NCBI GenBank assembly: GCA_043803685.1
Contig: JAZDJU010000128.1
Location: forward strand, 1-40,688
Reading direction: 5' to 3'
From: Candidatus Omnitrophota bacterium
GTDB lineage: Bacteria > Omnitrophota > Omnitrophia > Omnitrophales > Aquincolibacteriaceae
DNA: 40,688 nt
Both the position numbers and the translations under genes were made by a program. The first letter of the stretch is position 1, and each line of letters starts with the position of its first letter. Of the stretch, positions 9,801-18,743 are shown in pieces. The notes under the pieces were generated by a model. The model saw only the letters and a list, made by a program, of their open reading frames with translations, searched no databases and was not told the DNA's origin.

Positions 9801-10446
9801 CTACGATTTTCTTTTGGCTCAGCAAAAAGATCTGGATGACGCGCGCAATTCTCTCATGGAAGCCATCCGTAAGATCAATCAAACCACCAAGCAACTCTTT
9901 GAGGATACTTTCAAACAGGTGCAGGAAACCTTCAAGCAATACTATCAGATCCTTTTCCGTGGCGGCGAGGCGCGCATCTTCCTGATCGACGAGGCTCATC
10001 CTCTTGAATCCGGGATCGACATCGTCGTGCGTCCTCCGGGGAAAAAGCTGCAGAACATGTCCCTTCTTTCAGGCGGTGAAAAGGCTCTGACCGCTGTGGC
10101 CCTTCTTTTCGCTCTCTTCAAGATCAAGCCGTCTCCTTTCTGTCTCTTAGACGAGATCGACGCGCCTCTTGATGAAGCGAATATTGACCGTTTTCTGGCG
10201 GTGCTCAACACGTTCATCGACCAGTCCCAATTCATCATCATCACGCATAACCGCAAAACCATTTCCATGGGGAATTCTCTCTACGGCGTGACCATGGAAG
10301 AGCCCGGTATTTCCAAGATCGTCTCCGTCAAGGTCCGTTCGGGCGATGAGTCACTTCCGGGCGGCGATGCGGCCGTAACCACCTCGGTCGACACGGCCGA
10401 TGTTAGTACCGCCCCGGAAAATAGCACGGACGCCGTCAGCGCTTGA
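6817..10446 (+). CDS. smc: Chromosome segregation protein SMC
   Basis: GFKSFA, Walker A GPNGCGKSN, long coiled coils with a central hinge, signature LSGGE, Walker B LLDEIDAPLD, ITH motif; 1209 aa. Confidence 0.96.
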   Translation: MRLKKLELLGFKSFAEKTEVAFDQGVTCIVGPNGCGKSNVSDAIRWVLGERSAKLLRGSTMEDVIFNGTEVRKPLAFAEVSLTIDNADRGMPIEYNEVTLTRRLYRTGESEYLLNKTQCRLKDIQDLILDTGIGSSSYSMIEQGRIDYILKADPEERRFLIEEAAGIAKYKVKKDESIRKLERTEENLKRLQDIVFEVQKNIQYAERQAKRAERYKLELERLKALEIKRAFYDQRQIEQKKLELTQNFQSKLDALTALEASLQAQHQSIEEQETRVRGIGQRCHVKEGERYQALAQIETNDQKLQFIRDKRVELAQQRGQLLQEQDQLRQALEAAAIQKNEHLELLRTRQSESGQLQVRLTETNQKLQEHEALIQEAKHALETARKEFFDAAKISTQARNEFHRIKALGENLDAQHRREESNTARLVEQIAAWDERLRFCLQSLENANAGLQSTLTGHQGLRATLHAFEHELTELREHAQEIRLALREKESRLHTLTEMEDENPGAFQEFLNEATHQVPGLVRSLQEIVKVRDGYEWAVDVVLGQFARSLVAGDVPTAQALVERLSARRSLAIGIFLKTQTAFSAEASQYYASFGFRPLAEFVQIESGYEGLLDNVFVGEAFPLQQLDALLQAPSPANLVSRDGLFLSADRRIFFWNDQSRSRFFFSRDSEMSKIRQEIESLTTQAQEKETKIGYLETELASLRTQGAEAAEQKTSALIEKESLESERKNIEDRLLGFREEKELSVSEAQDLTQEIARIRAAMERVQASLVQAEQEESRFDGGQRQREKDLEQSLSARENVLNEARQCQTQVEQSQQGMRHLEESLRLIEQHAVKDQERQAFLEQGKERIATKEVDLDQDEAVCVRLAEEHRDRLHAVDVDLELLRKDQREQEELLTGLRHALDQALHSQKVLQDEEHQISLQQMDLDYQLKNVGERLLQRYRLNLSELNGQDYVFTEEELATAEETITALQNKVDSLGTVNLLAIEEYQELKTRYDFLLAQQKDLDDARNSLMEAIRKINQTTKQLFEDTFKQVQETFKQYYQILFRGGEARIFLIDEAHPLESGIDIVVRPPGKKLQNMSLLSGGEKALTAVALLFALFKIKPSPFCLLDEIDAPLDEANIDRFLAVLNTFIDQSQFIIITHNRKTISMGNSLYGVTMEEPGISKIVSVKVRSGDESLPGGDAAVTTSVDTADVSTAPENSTDAVSA

Positions 10447-10979
10447 GCATTCCGAATTATCTGACCCTTTTCAGGATCCTTCTTACCCCGATATTTTTTA
10501 TCATGCTGGTCTCCTACAGTCCGGAAAAAGAGGGGCTCCGTATCGCGGCCTTGGCAATTTTCGTAGTGGCCGCTTTGACCGACGCGCTGGACGGACTTCT
10601 GGCCCGATTTCTGAAACAACGGACAGCCCTGGGACAGATGCTGGATCCTTTGGCAGATAAAATACTCTTGGTGAGCGCTTACATCGGACTTCTATTCGTG
10701 CCCACGCTCCCGTTCCGGCCGCCGCTCTGGATTACGATCACGATCGTTTTCCGCGACCTCATCCTTCTTTTTGGATTTTTCACTCTTAATTTCGCAGCCG
10801 TGAAGATCGAAGTGCTGCCGAATATCTGGGGAAAACTCACAACGGTCTCCCAGATGTTGCTCCTGTGCTTTATCCTTCTCGAGTGGCCGGTCGCTGTTCC
10901 GCTTGCTTATCTTGCCGTCACTTTCACGATCGTCTCGGGCGTCATCTATCTCACACGGGGGTTAAAATTAGTCCAATGA
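10443..10979 (+). CDS. pgsA: CDP-alcohol phosphatidyltransferase (PgsA/cardiolipin synthase-like)
   Basis: PNYLTLFR and D-x2-DG-x2-AR...G-x3-DP-x2-DK motif; hydrophobic; TTG start overlaps the smc stop. Confidence 0.88.
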   Translation: MSIPNYLTLFRILLTPIFFIMLVSYSPEKEGLRIAALAIFVVAALTDALDGLLARFLKQRTALGQMLDPLADKILLVSAYIGLLFVPTLPFRPPLWITITIVFRDLILLFGFFTLNFAAVKIEVLPNIWGKLTTVSQMLLLCFILLEWPVAVPLAYLAVTFTIVSGVIYLTRGLKLVQ

Positions 10980-11587
10980 GCTCTTTTTTCGTCGCGACTG
11001 TTTTTATTCTTACGGCTTATCTCCTTGGTTCCATTCCGTTCGGTCTCATTGCTGGATTCAGGATCAGGGGCCTCGATATTCGCCAGCACGGCAGTAAGAA
11101 CATCGGCGCTACCAATGTTTCACGCGTTGTCGGTAAAAAATGGGGAATTGCAGTGCTCCTGCTGGATGCCGCGAAAGGCTCTGTCGCTTGCATGCTTCCC
11201 GCGTTTTTTGGTCAAAGCATGGCACTTCCGCTTCCACTCATCCTCGGGATCAGTGCGATCTTGGGCCACAGCTTCCCGGTCTGGCTCAAATTCAAGGGTG
11301 GGAAGGGCGTGGCTACTTCGCTCGGAGTATTCCTGGCCATCGCCTGGGTCCCAACGCTTATTACCTTTGGTCTATGGATCCTATGCTTTGCGATCACCCA
11401 TATTATCTCGATTTCCTCTTTGGTTGCTGCAGTGATCTTTCCGGTCATGATCATATGGCGCTACGGCGGAACTCCCGAGATTGCATTCCTTCTACCGATC
11501 AGCCTTGTCTTGGCTGTTTTTATGTTTTACACCCACCGCGCCAACATCGGGCGTCTACGTCAGGGGACTGAAAAGAAACTCTTTTGA
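10976..11587 (+). CDS. plsY: Glycerol-3-phosphate acyltransferase PlsY
   Basis: YLLGSIPFG, DIRQHGSKNIGATN, GH.FP...FKGGKGVAT, HRANI.RL..G.E motifs. ATG at 10976 overlaps the pgsA stop (ATGA). Confidence 0.96.
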   Translation: MSSFFVATVFILTAYLLGSIPFGLIAGFRIRGLDIRQHGSKNIGATNVSRVVGKKWGIAVLLLDAAKGSVACMLPAFFGQSMALPLPLILGISAILGHSFPVWLKFKGGKGVATSLGVFLAIAWVPTLITFGLWILCFAITHIISISSLVAAVIFPVMIIWRYGGTPEIAFLLPISLVLAVFMFYTHRANIGRLRQGTEKKLF

Positions 11588-11595
11588 ACCAGTTC

Positions 11596-11623
11596 TTGAC
11601 AATAGCTTAAAATCATATATTAT
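11596..11623 (+). promoter_or_regulatory. Sigma-70-type promoter P1 upstream of recA
   Basis: TTGACA (11596-11601), 16 bp spacer, TATTAT (11618-11623) in an AT-rich intergenic region. Confidence 0.65.
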
Positions 11624-11669
11624 TTCTACAAATGTAATATTCTATAGGGCCGCGACTTCTTGAATTGTC

Positions 11670-11698
11670 TTTACAGACGGGGGGTAGGTCGATAGAAT
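11670..11698 (+). promoter_or_regulatory. Sigma-70-type promoter P2 upstream of recA
   Basis: TTTACA (11670-11675), 17 bp spacer, TAGAAT (11693-11698). Confidence 0.55.
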
Positions 11699-11815
11699 TT
11701 CAAACTCACGTCTTCCTATCCTTGCCTTGCATTCTTTTCCGGGATGGTGGACAAGGATTGCCCCAATTTCCACTACGTGAAAATTGATAGGCATTGGGAC
11801 TAAAGGAGAAAATTT

Positions 11816-12883
11816 ATGAGCGAAAAAAAGAAATCAGAGAAGTCCGCCGCAACCGAATCCAAAAAATCCACCGACAAGCAAAAGGCGCTTGAACTTACCT
11901 TGCAGCAGATCGAAAAACAGTTTGGCAAGGGCTCGATCATGAAGCTCGGTGACCAGCACCACGAAAATGTTGCTGCCCTGGCCACAGGGGCGCTGAGTCT
12001 TGATATCGCAACGGGGATCGGCGGCATTCCGCGTGGTCGCATCGTGGAGATCTTTGGTCCCGAATCAAGCGGCAAAACCACTCTGACGCTTAATATCATT
12101 GCCCGTCTTCAGTCGACAGGCGGAGTTGCGGCCTTTATTGATGCGGAACATGCCTTGGACCCTCAATACGCTCAGAAGATCGGCGTCAAGGTTGACGAGC
12201 TTCTGATCTCGCAACCTGATTCCGGCGAACAGGCCCTTCAGATCGCGGAGATGCTCGTGCGTTCGAATTCCGTCGACCTCATCGTAGTTGATTCGGTGGC
12301 AGCGCTGGTTCCTCGCGCGGAGATCGAAGGCGAAATGGGCCAGGCTCAAATGGGTCTTCAGGCGCGCCTGATGTCCCAAGCGATGCGTAAACTCACCGCC
12401 ATTATTAGCAAATCCAAGACCTGCATCGTTTTCATCAATCAGCTTCGCGAAAAGATCGGCGTTATGTTCGGAAATCCCGAGACCACACCCGGCGGTAAGG
12501 CTCTCAAGTTCTACGCCTCGATGCGCCTTGATATCCGGAGGGTCGCGAGCCTGAAAAAGGGAGACGCGGTGGTCGGGAATCGGGTTCGTGTTAAGGTCGT
12601 CAAGAACAAGGTGGCCGCCCCGTTCCGTCAGGCGGAATTTGACATCCTGTTCGAGGAAGGTATTTCACGATCCTCGAACGTTGTGGAACTCGGCACCCAG
12701 TATCAAGTGATCGATAAGTCCGGGACCTGGCTCGCCTTCAACGATCAGAAACTCGGGCAAGGCAAGGACGCTGCACGGATTTTTCTGAGAGAGAATAAAA
12801 AGCTCCTCGAGGAGATCGAGCTGAAGATCCTGGAAAAAGTTGCCGCTGGAGAAAGCGCGCTCGTCATCGCGGCCGCTGAATAA
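11816..12883 (+). CDS. recA: Recombinase RecA
   Basis: [47 protein letters not shown] motifs; AAGGAG Shine-Dalgarno. No intein seen. Confidence 0.99.
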   Translation: MSEKKKSEKSAATESKKSTDKQKALELTLQQIEKQFGKGSIMKLGDQHHENVAALATGALSLDIATGIGGIPRGRIVEIFGPESSGKTTLTLNIIARLQSTGGVAAFIDAEHALDPQYAQKIGVKVDELLISQPDSGEQALQIAEMLVRSNSVDLIVVDSVAALVPRAEIEGEMGQAQMGLQARLMSQAMRKLTAIISKSKTCIVFINQLREKIGVMFGNPETTPGGKALKFYASMRLDIRRVASLKKGDAVVGNRVRVKVVKNKVAAPFRQAEFDILFEEGISRSSNVVELGTQYQVIDKSGTWLAFNDQKLGQGKDAARIFLRENKKLLEEIELKILEKVAAGESALVIAAAE

Positions 12884-12970
12884 TCCTCCCGGGGACTTTC
12901 TTATCATAAACAACAGCCCGGTCCCGCCTTGGGGAGGGTGATAGGTGTAGGAATCGCCTTTTCTCCTCCT

Positions 12971-13468
12971 ATGGATAAAGCTCAGACGGACGAACAATTA
13001 AAGCAGGCGATCATCACCTGTCTCAGGCTACTTGCCGCCAGTCCTAAAAGCGGACAAGAGCTGAGAAAAAAACTCGACGCCAAAGGCTTTTCCCGAGAGA
13101 TTGTTGATCAAGCGCTGAATGATCTCAGAAACCAGGGCATCCTGGATGATACGATGTACGCCAAAGAGCTGGTGACCCGACTCACTCTTGGCAAATGCGT
13201 GGGCCGTCACAAGATCGCTTTTGATCTGAAGCGCCACGGTATTTCGAAAAAGATCTCGGACGAGCTGTTGGGAACGCTGTCCGCTGAGGATGAGACCGAG
13301 CGCGCTTTTGAGCAGGCCGGCTTGAAATGGGCGAGTTGGTCTTCGCTGGATCCTCAGAAGCGAAAAAAACGTCTTTATGATTTTCTGATACGGAAAGGAT
13401 ATGATTTTCAAGTCGCCCAGGACGTCCTTCAGAAACTCTCGAGGGGAACTCTGGATGATGAGATCTGA
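12971..13468 (+). CDS. recX: Regulatory protein RecX
   Basis: Directly after recA; RLLA..PKS.QELRKKL..KG, G.LDD..YA, I..DLKRHGI, LYDFLIRKGY repeats. ATG at 12971. Confidence 0.9.
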   Translation: MDKAQTDEQLKQAIITCLRLLAASPKSGQELRKKLDAKGFSREIVDQALNDLRNQGILDDTMYAKELVTRLTLGKCVGRHKIAFDLKRHGISKKISDELLGTLSAEDETERAFEQAGLKWASWSSLDPQKRKKRLYDFLIRKGYDFQVAQDVLQKLSRGTLDDEI

Positions 13469-13474
13469 TGCTTT

Positions 13475-16093
13475 ATGAAAACAGCTACGAACGACCTGCG
13501 AAAAGCTTACCTAGAGTTCTTTAAATCCAAAAGCCATACCGTTTTGGCTAGCGACTCTTTAGTGCCGCAAAATGACCCCTCCTTGCTCTTCACCGGAGCG
13601 GGTATGAACCAGTTCAAGGAGTACTTCCTGGGGGTCAAAAAGGATCTTAAACGGGCCACAACGAGCCAGAAATGCCTCAGGACGGGCGATCTTGATGAGG
13701 TGGGGCGAACACCCTTTCACCATTCCTTCTTCGAAATGCTGGGTAATTTCTCGTTCGGTGATTACTTCAAGAAAGAGGCCATCACATGGGCCTGGGAATT
13801 CCTGACTGAGACACTTTCCATCCCCAAGGAACGGCTCCGCATCACGGTCCACGAACAGGACCTGGAAGCTTTTGATATTTGGCACAAGGTGATTGGCCTG
13901 CCCAAGGAATGGATCTATCTTTGCGGCGACAAATCGAATTTCTGGCCAGCGAACGCGCCCAAGGACGGTCCCAACGGTCCCTGCGGTCCATGCTCCGAGA
14001 TCTATTTTGACCAGAACCCAACGATCCAAGGAACTCCGATCGATGATTCCGGGAAGTTCGCGGAAATCTGGAATCTCGTCTTCACACAATACGATCGCCA
14101 GGACGGCGACAAACTCGTCCCGCTCGCCAATAAGAATATCGACACCGGAATGGGGTTGGAACGTCTCGCCTGTGTGCTTCAGGGAAAGGCCTCCAATTTC
14201 GAGATCGACATTTTTCAACCGATGCACAACGCCATCCTCGAAGCCCTCGGAATTGAACGTGAAAAAGCTCCAACTAAAAATCTGTACACGATCGCGGACC
14301 ATTTGCGCGCCGCCGTTTTTTCCATCGCGGATGGCGTCGTGCCATCGAACGAAGGCCGTGGCTATGTGATCCGCAAGCTCGTCCGTCGCGCTTTCTGGCG
14401 TGCTTACGAAATTCTCGACGCGAAAGCCAAGCAGAAACTTACCGCTTTTCTTTACCAAGTTGCGCCTACAGTCATCCAGACGATGGGCGATGTCTATCCA
14501 GAGCTCAAGGAGGCTGAAGAGAACATCCAGTCGGTCCTTCTCCAGGAGGAAAAGCGTTTTTCTTCAAATCTCAAGGACGGGCTCTCGATCCTCGATAAAC
14601 ATCTCGATGGCCTCAAAAACAACCGGTCCATTCCGGGGAAGATCGTTTTCGAGCTTTACGATACCTATGGATTTCCTGTGGAGTTGACTCGCGATGTTGC
14701 CGAACAACGGGGATTTTCGATCGATCTGGAAGGCTATGAGAAATTGATGGAAGACCAGCGCGTGCGTTCCAAGGAAGGCAGCAAGATCGCTGGAGAGATC
14801 TTCGCCTCTTCGGGTCTGAACAAGATCCCGTCCCAGACCCCGGCCACAACCTTCCTCGGTTATGAAGCCCTGGAAGCCAAGGCCAAGGTGCTCTGGCATC
14901 AGACCGAAGGAAAGCAGGCTACTGTGATCCTCGACCAAACCCCTTTCTACGCGGAAAGCGGCGGACAGGTTGGCGATCAGGGCATGATCGAAGGCCAAGG
15001 TCTCAAGCTCAAAGTCGTTGATACAAAAAAACTCGACAAATATTTTTTGCATCATGTGGAAGTAATCCAGGGCGAGATCAAGGACGGATTGGCCGTGAGC
15101 GCTGCTGTCGATAGCGCAAATCGGGAAAGCATCATGCGCAATCACACAGCAACGCATCTTTTGCACGCCGCGCTCCGCTCGACGCTTGGAAGTTCCGTGC
15201 GCCAGCTCGGGTCGCTCGTGGCGCCCGACCGTCTGCGATTCGATTTTTCATTTGGTCGTGCCGTTACACCCGAGGAACTCCGCATGATCGAGAAGATCGC
15301 TAATGACCAGGTCTTAGCCGACAGGCCGGTCCACAAGGAATCGAAAGGATTAGATGAAGCAAAGAAGGAAGGTGCGCTTGCTTTCTTTGGGGACAAATAC
15401 GGCGACAAGGTGCGGATGATCAGTATTCCTGAATTCAGCAAGGAGCTTTGCGGCGGCACTCACTGCGACCGTACGGGACAGATCGGCCTTTTGCTTATCA
15501 CGGGGGAATCCTCCGTGGCGAGTGGCGTGCGCCGCATTGAAGCCGTTACCGGAACGCAGGCATTGAACTATGTGCGCGACCTGCAGGACCAGATCGCCGG
15601 TATCTCCAGGACGCTGAAAGTCGGGGCAGCAGATATCCCGGCCAGGATCGCGAAACTTATGGAAAGTCTGAAGGCGCAAAAGAAAACTGGCGCGCAGGCT
15701 GCCGCGAACACCACGGACGTCAAAACGCTTCTTGAGAGCGCTTCGCAGACCGGCTCCTGTCGTCTCCTGGTCGCCATGTTCGAAGGCTTCGGCATCCCGG
15801 CCTTGCGGGATCTCGCAACTCGTCTTAAGGAAGAGTCGCAAAAGCTTGTTTTTGTGATCGCTTCCTCGCAGGAAGGGAAGCTCAACGTGATCGTAGGCCG
15901 CAGCGCCGGGCTTCAGAAAACCTCCTTGGACATGAAAGCTCTTTTTGGTAGGCTATCAGGCCTGCTCGGCCTCAGCGGCGGCGGACGCCCCGACCTGGTG
16001 CAGGCAGGTGGCCCCGACCAGGGGCAATTCGCAGCGGCCAAAAGCAAGATCGAAGAAATCGTCGAGGCCTATCTTACGGAAAAAGGAATGTAA
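13475..16093 (+). CDS. alaS: Alanine--tRNA ligase
   Basis: DPSLLFTGAGMNQFK, FEMLGNFSFGDYFK, DTGMGLER, editing HTATHLLH / ELCGGTH, C-terminal GGGRPDLVQAGG. Confidence 0.98.
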   Translation: MKTATNDLRKAYLEFFKSKSHTVLASDSLVPQNDPSLLFTGAGMNQFKEYFLGVKKDLKRATTSQKCLRTGDLDEVGRTPFHHSFFEMLGNFSFGDYFKKEAITWAWEFLTETLSIPKERLRITVHEQDLEAFDIWHKVIGLPKEWIYLCGDKSNFWPANAPKDGPNGPCGPCSEIYFDQNPTIQGTPIDDSGKFAEIWNLVFTQYDRQDGDKLVPLANKNIDTGMGLERLACVLQGKASNFEIDIFQPMHNAILEALGIEREKAPTKNLYTIADHLRAAVFSIADGVVPSNEGRGYVIRKLVRRAFWRAYEILDAKAKQKLTAFLYQVAPTVIQTMGDVYPELKEAEENIQSVLLQEEKRFSSNLKDGLSILDKHLDGLKNNRSIPGKIVFELYDTYGFPVELTRDVAEQRGFSIDLEGYEKLMEDQRVRSKEGSKIAGEIFASSGLNKIPSQTPATTFLGYEALEAKAKVLWHQTEGKQATVILDQTPFYAESGGQVGDQGMIEGQGLKLKVVDTKKLDKYFLHHVEVIQGEIKDGLAVSAAVDSANRESIMRNHTATHLLHAALRSTLGSSVRQLGSLVAPDRLRFDFSFGRAVTPEELRMIEKIANDQVLADRPVHKESKGLDEAKKEGALAFFGDKYGDKVRMISIPEFSKELCGGTHCDRTGQIGLLLITGESSVASGVRRIEAVTGTQALNYVRDLQDQIAGISRTLKVGAADIPARIAKLMESLKAQKKTGAQAAANTTDVKTLLESASQTGSCRLLVAMFEGFGIPALRDLATRLKEESQKLVFVIASSQEGKLNVIVGRSAGLQKTSLDMKALFGRLSGLLGLSGGGRPDLVQAGGPDQGQFAAAKSKIEEIVEAYLTEKGM

Positions 16094-16096
16094 TGC

Positions 16097-17359
16097 ATGC
16101 AAGTTTTGAACTGGGATAAACAAACGCAGAAAAAGATCCGGCGCGACTACGCCACGTTCTTTGATACGGACATCTTCAAAAAGGTGAGCCGGATCCTCTC
16201 CGAGGTGCGCCAGTCCGGGGACACGGCGCTCCGCCGTTACACTCGGGAGTTCGACGGGATCGATCTTCCGCTCAAGCGCCTTGCCGTGACCCAGGGAGAC
16301 ATCAATCGCGCGTTCGAGAAGATCCAGGTCCCGTTCGTACCGCTTCTCAAGAAGATCACGGAGAATGTCCGCGAATATTACGAGAAGGAACTGAAGAAGT
16401 CGTTCGAGATCACAGGACCCAACGGCGTCCACCTCGGCAAGCGTTATGAGCCGCTTGATCGCGTAGGGATCTATATTCCTGCGGGGACAGCACCACTTGT
16501 TTCGACCGTCTACATGACCGTCATCCCCGCGAAGGTTGCGGGAGTGAAGCAGATCGCCATCGCCACACCGCCACGGCGTGACACCGGCGACATCGACCCG
16601 CACATTCTGGCGGTCGCTAATCTTTTGGGGGTCAATGAAATTTACCGTGTAGGCGGCGTCCAGGCCATCGGCGGGATGGCGTTCGGGACCAAAACGATCC
16701 CCAAGGTCGACAAGATCGTCGGGCCGGGGAACGCCTATGTCACCGAAGCGAAGCGCCAGGTCTACGGTTTTGTGGATATCGATATGGTCGCTGGCCCGAG
16801 CGAAGTCGCCATCATTGCGGATGCGACCGCGAACCCTGATTTTGTGACCTGTGATCTTCTCGCCCAGACCGAACACCATGGCGGCATGGGGTATCTGATC
16901 ACCAGCTCCAAAAAACTGGTTGAGATCATGCGCAAGCGCGTGGACTCCGGACTTATCATTCAGGTCAAATCCATCGCGGAGGCCTGCGAAGTCGCCAACG
17001 AGATCGCGGCCGAGCACCTTGAGATCATGACCGAAGAACCCGAAAAAGTGGCGCAGTCGATCCGACACGCCGGCGCGATCTTTCTGGGGGCCTATTCACC
17101 GACCGTGATCGGGGATTACATCGCGGGACCGAGCCACGTGCTTCCAACGGGCGGCACGGCGCGGTATTTTTCGCCGCTCAGCGCTTCGACTTTTATTAAA
17201 AGTTCCCAGATCATTCGCTACACGCCGGAAGCTCTGGAAGCTTCCAAAGAACATGTGCAGAGACTGACGGACATGGAAGGCTTGTTTCTCCACCGCATCT
17301 CCCTGGAGGCGCGTCTTATCAAGAAGAACTCAGAACCGGAAAAGGAAGCCAAATCATGA
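16097..17359 (+). CDS. hisD: Histidinol dehydrogenase
   Basis: VGIYIPAG, GGVQAIG, KIVGPGNAYV, AGPSEV, AAEHL, GDYIAGPSHVLPTGG motifs. Confidence 0.97.
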   Translation: MQVLNWDKQTQKKIRRDYATFFDTDIFKKVSRILSEVRQSGDTALRRYTREFDGIDLPLKRLAVTQGDINRAFEKIQVPFVPLLKKITENVREYYEKELKKSFEITGPNGVHLGKRYEPLDRVGIYIPAGTAPLVSTVYMTVIPAKVAGVKQIAIATPPRRDTGDIDPHILAVANLLGVNEIYRVGGVQAIGGMAFGTKTIPKVDKIVGPGNAYVTEAKRQVYGFVDIDMVAGPSEVAIIADATANPDFVTCDLLAQTEHHGGMGYLITSSKKLVEIMRKRVDSGLIIQVKSIAEACEVANEIAAEHLEIMTEEPEKVAQSIRHAGAIFLGAYSPTVIGDYIAGPSHVLPTGGTARYFSPLSASTFIKSSQIIRYTPEALEASKEHVQRLTDMEGLFLHRISLEARLIKKNSEPEKEAKS

Positions 17360-17952
17360 AGATAAGGAAAGGGACGGTCAAGCGTAAGACCTCCGAAACC
17401 GACATCCAGATCGAGCTCGTGGTGGACGGAAAGGGAATGTCCAAAGTGGACACCCGCATCCCGTTCCTCGATCACATGCTTACGCTTTTGGCCAAACACG
17501 GACTTTTCGATCTCAAGCTTAAAGCGCGCGGCGACCTCGAAGTCGACATCCATCACACAAACGAGGACATCGGCATCGCACTCGGTCAGGCCCTGGCGAA
17601 AGCGCTTGGCAATAAAAAAGGGATCCGTCGCTACGGCTCGTTCGCGGTTCCCATGGACGAAACCCTCATCCGTGTCACGCTGGATATTTCCGGAAGGCCG
17701 TCGCTTTATGTGACCAAGGCCAAAGGAGTTCGTCTGTCTCGCCAGCCGAAATACACATTCGATGACGCCGTGGACTTCCTTCGTTCCTTTTGTCAGAACG
17801 CGGGAATCAACATGCACATCGGAGTTCTTGCAGGGGAAGACACGCACCACATCATCGAAGGCATGTTCAAAGGGATCGCCAAGACCCTGGATATGGCGAC
17901 CTCAATCGACCCTCGCGTTCGCGGCATTCCCTCGACCAAGGGAAAACTTTGA
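17356..17952 (+). CDS. hisB: Imidazoleglycerol-phosphate dehydratase (monofunctional)
   Basis: RKTSETDI, FLDHML, D.HHTNED, PMDET, THHIIE, PSTKG motifs. Confidence 0.97.
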   Translation: MKIRKGTVKRKTSETDIQIELVVDGKGMSKVDTRIPFLDHMLTLLAKHGLFDLKLKARGDLEVDIHHTNEDIGIALGQALAKALGNKKGIRRYGSFAVPMDETLIRVTLDISGRPSLYVTKAKGVRLSRQPKYTFDDAVDFLRSFCQNAGINMHIGVLAGEDTHHIIEGMFKGIAKTLDMATSIDPRVRGIPSTKGKL

Positions 17953-18034
17953 TGAGTCAAGCGTTCGGAGTCATGAGTTCGGAGCAAGGCACATCTTCGC
18001 AAAGCTACGAACTCCGAACTCCAAGCTCAGGACT
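17951..18034. repeat. Inverted arrays of degenerate 7-bp tandem repeats forming a long hairpin
   Basis: Left arm GATGAGT-CAAGCGT-TCGGAGT-CATGAGT-TCGGAGC; right arm GCTACGA-ACTCCGA-ACTCCAA-GCTCAGG-ACT, the reverse complement of the same unit. Confidence 0.75.
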
Positions 18035-18042
18035 TTAACACC

Positions 18043-18648
18043 ATGATCGCCATCATCGACTACGGCATGGGCAATCTTCGAAGTGTGTCCAAGGCTCTGG
18101 AGTATCTTGGCGCCTCCTGCAAGCTTTGTTCCAAGGGAAATGATCTCGCCCGCGCCTCCAAAGTGATCCTTCCCGGCGTCGGGGCTTTCGGGGATGCCAT
18201 GAAAGAACTTCGTTCCCGTGGATTCATCGAACCGATCCGGGAACTCGTCGCCCGCAAGACAAAACTCATGGGTGTTTGTCTCGGTCTCCAGCTTTTTTTC
18301 GAGAAAAGCGAAGAGAATCCCGGCGCGAAAGGCCTCGGGATCTTTAAAGGCTCGGTCCGGAAATTCCGCTCCACAACGGTCAAAGTCCCGCACATGGGAT
18401 GGAATGACCTCAAGGTCCTGAAAAAACATCCGTTGCTTGAAGGGATCCCGACCGGGGAATACTTCTATTTCGTTCACTCTTTTTATGGGAAACCCGCGGT
18501 CAAAAGCCTGGCACTCGCTTCCTGTAAGTACGGGCGGGAGGATTTTGCCGCTGTGGTCGGAAACGATCATGTTTTCGCGACCCAGTTCCATCCTGAAAAA
18601 AGCCAGGAGGCGGGCTTACGCATTTTAAAGAACTTCATCCAATGGTAA
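18043..18648 (+). CDS. hisH: Imidazole glycerol phosphate synthase glutaminase subunit
   Basis: IIDYGMGNL, LPGVGAF, GVCLGLQ, VPHMGWN, YFVHS, QFHPEKS motifs. Confidence 0.97.
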   Translation: MIAIIDYGMGNLRSVSKALEYLGASCKLCSKGNDLARASKVILPGVGAFGDAMKELRSRGFIEPIRELVARKTKLMGVCLGLQLFFEKSEENPGAKGLGIFKGSVRKFRSTTVKVPHMGWNDLKVLKKHPLLEGIPTGEYFYFVHSFYGKPAVKSLALASCKYGREDFAAVVGNDHVFATQFHPEKSQEAGLRILKNFIQW

Positions 18649-18666
18649 CGCCATGAATCGACAGAA

Positions 18667-18731
<65 letters not shown>

Positions 18732-18743
18732 GAAGGTAATATA

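Noticed and set aside
6817..10446. SMC as part of a Wadjet/MksBEF or SbcCD defence or repair system
   Set aside because: Canonical Smc head sequences and size, housekeeping context, and no jet/mks/sbcD partners.
5366..17068. Long antisense ORFs over fabF, alaS and hisD (337, 299, 370 aa)
   Set aside because: They lie almost entirely within well-supported + strand genes and show no recognisable domains.
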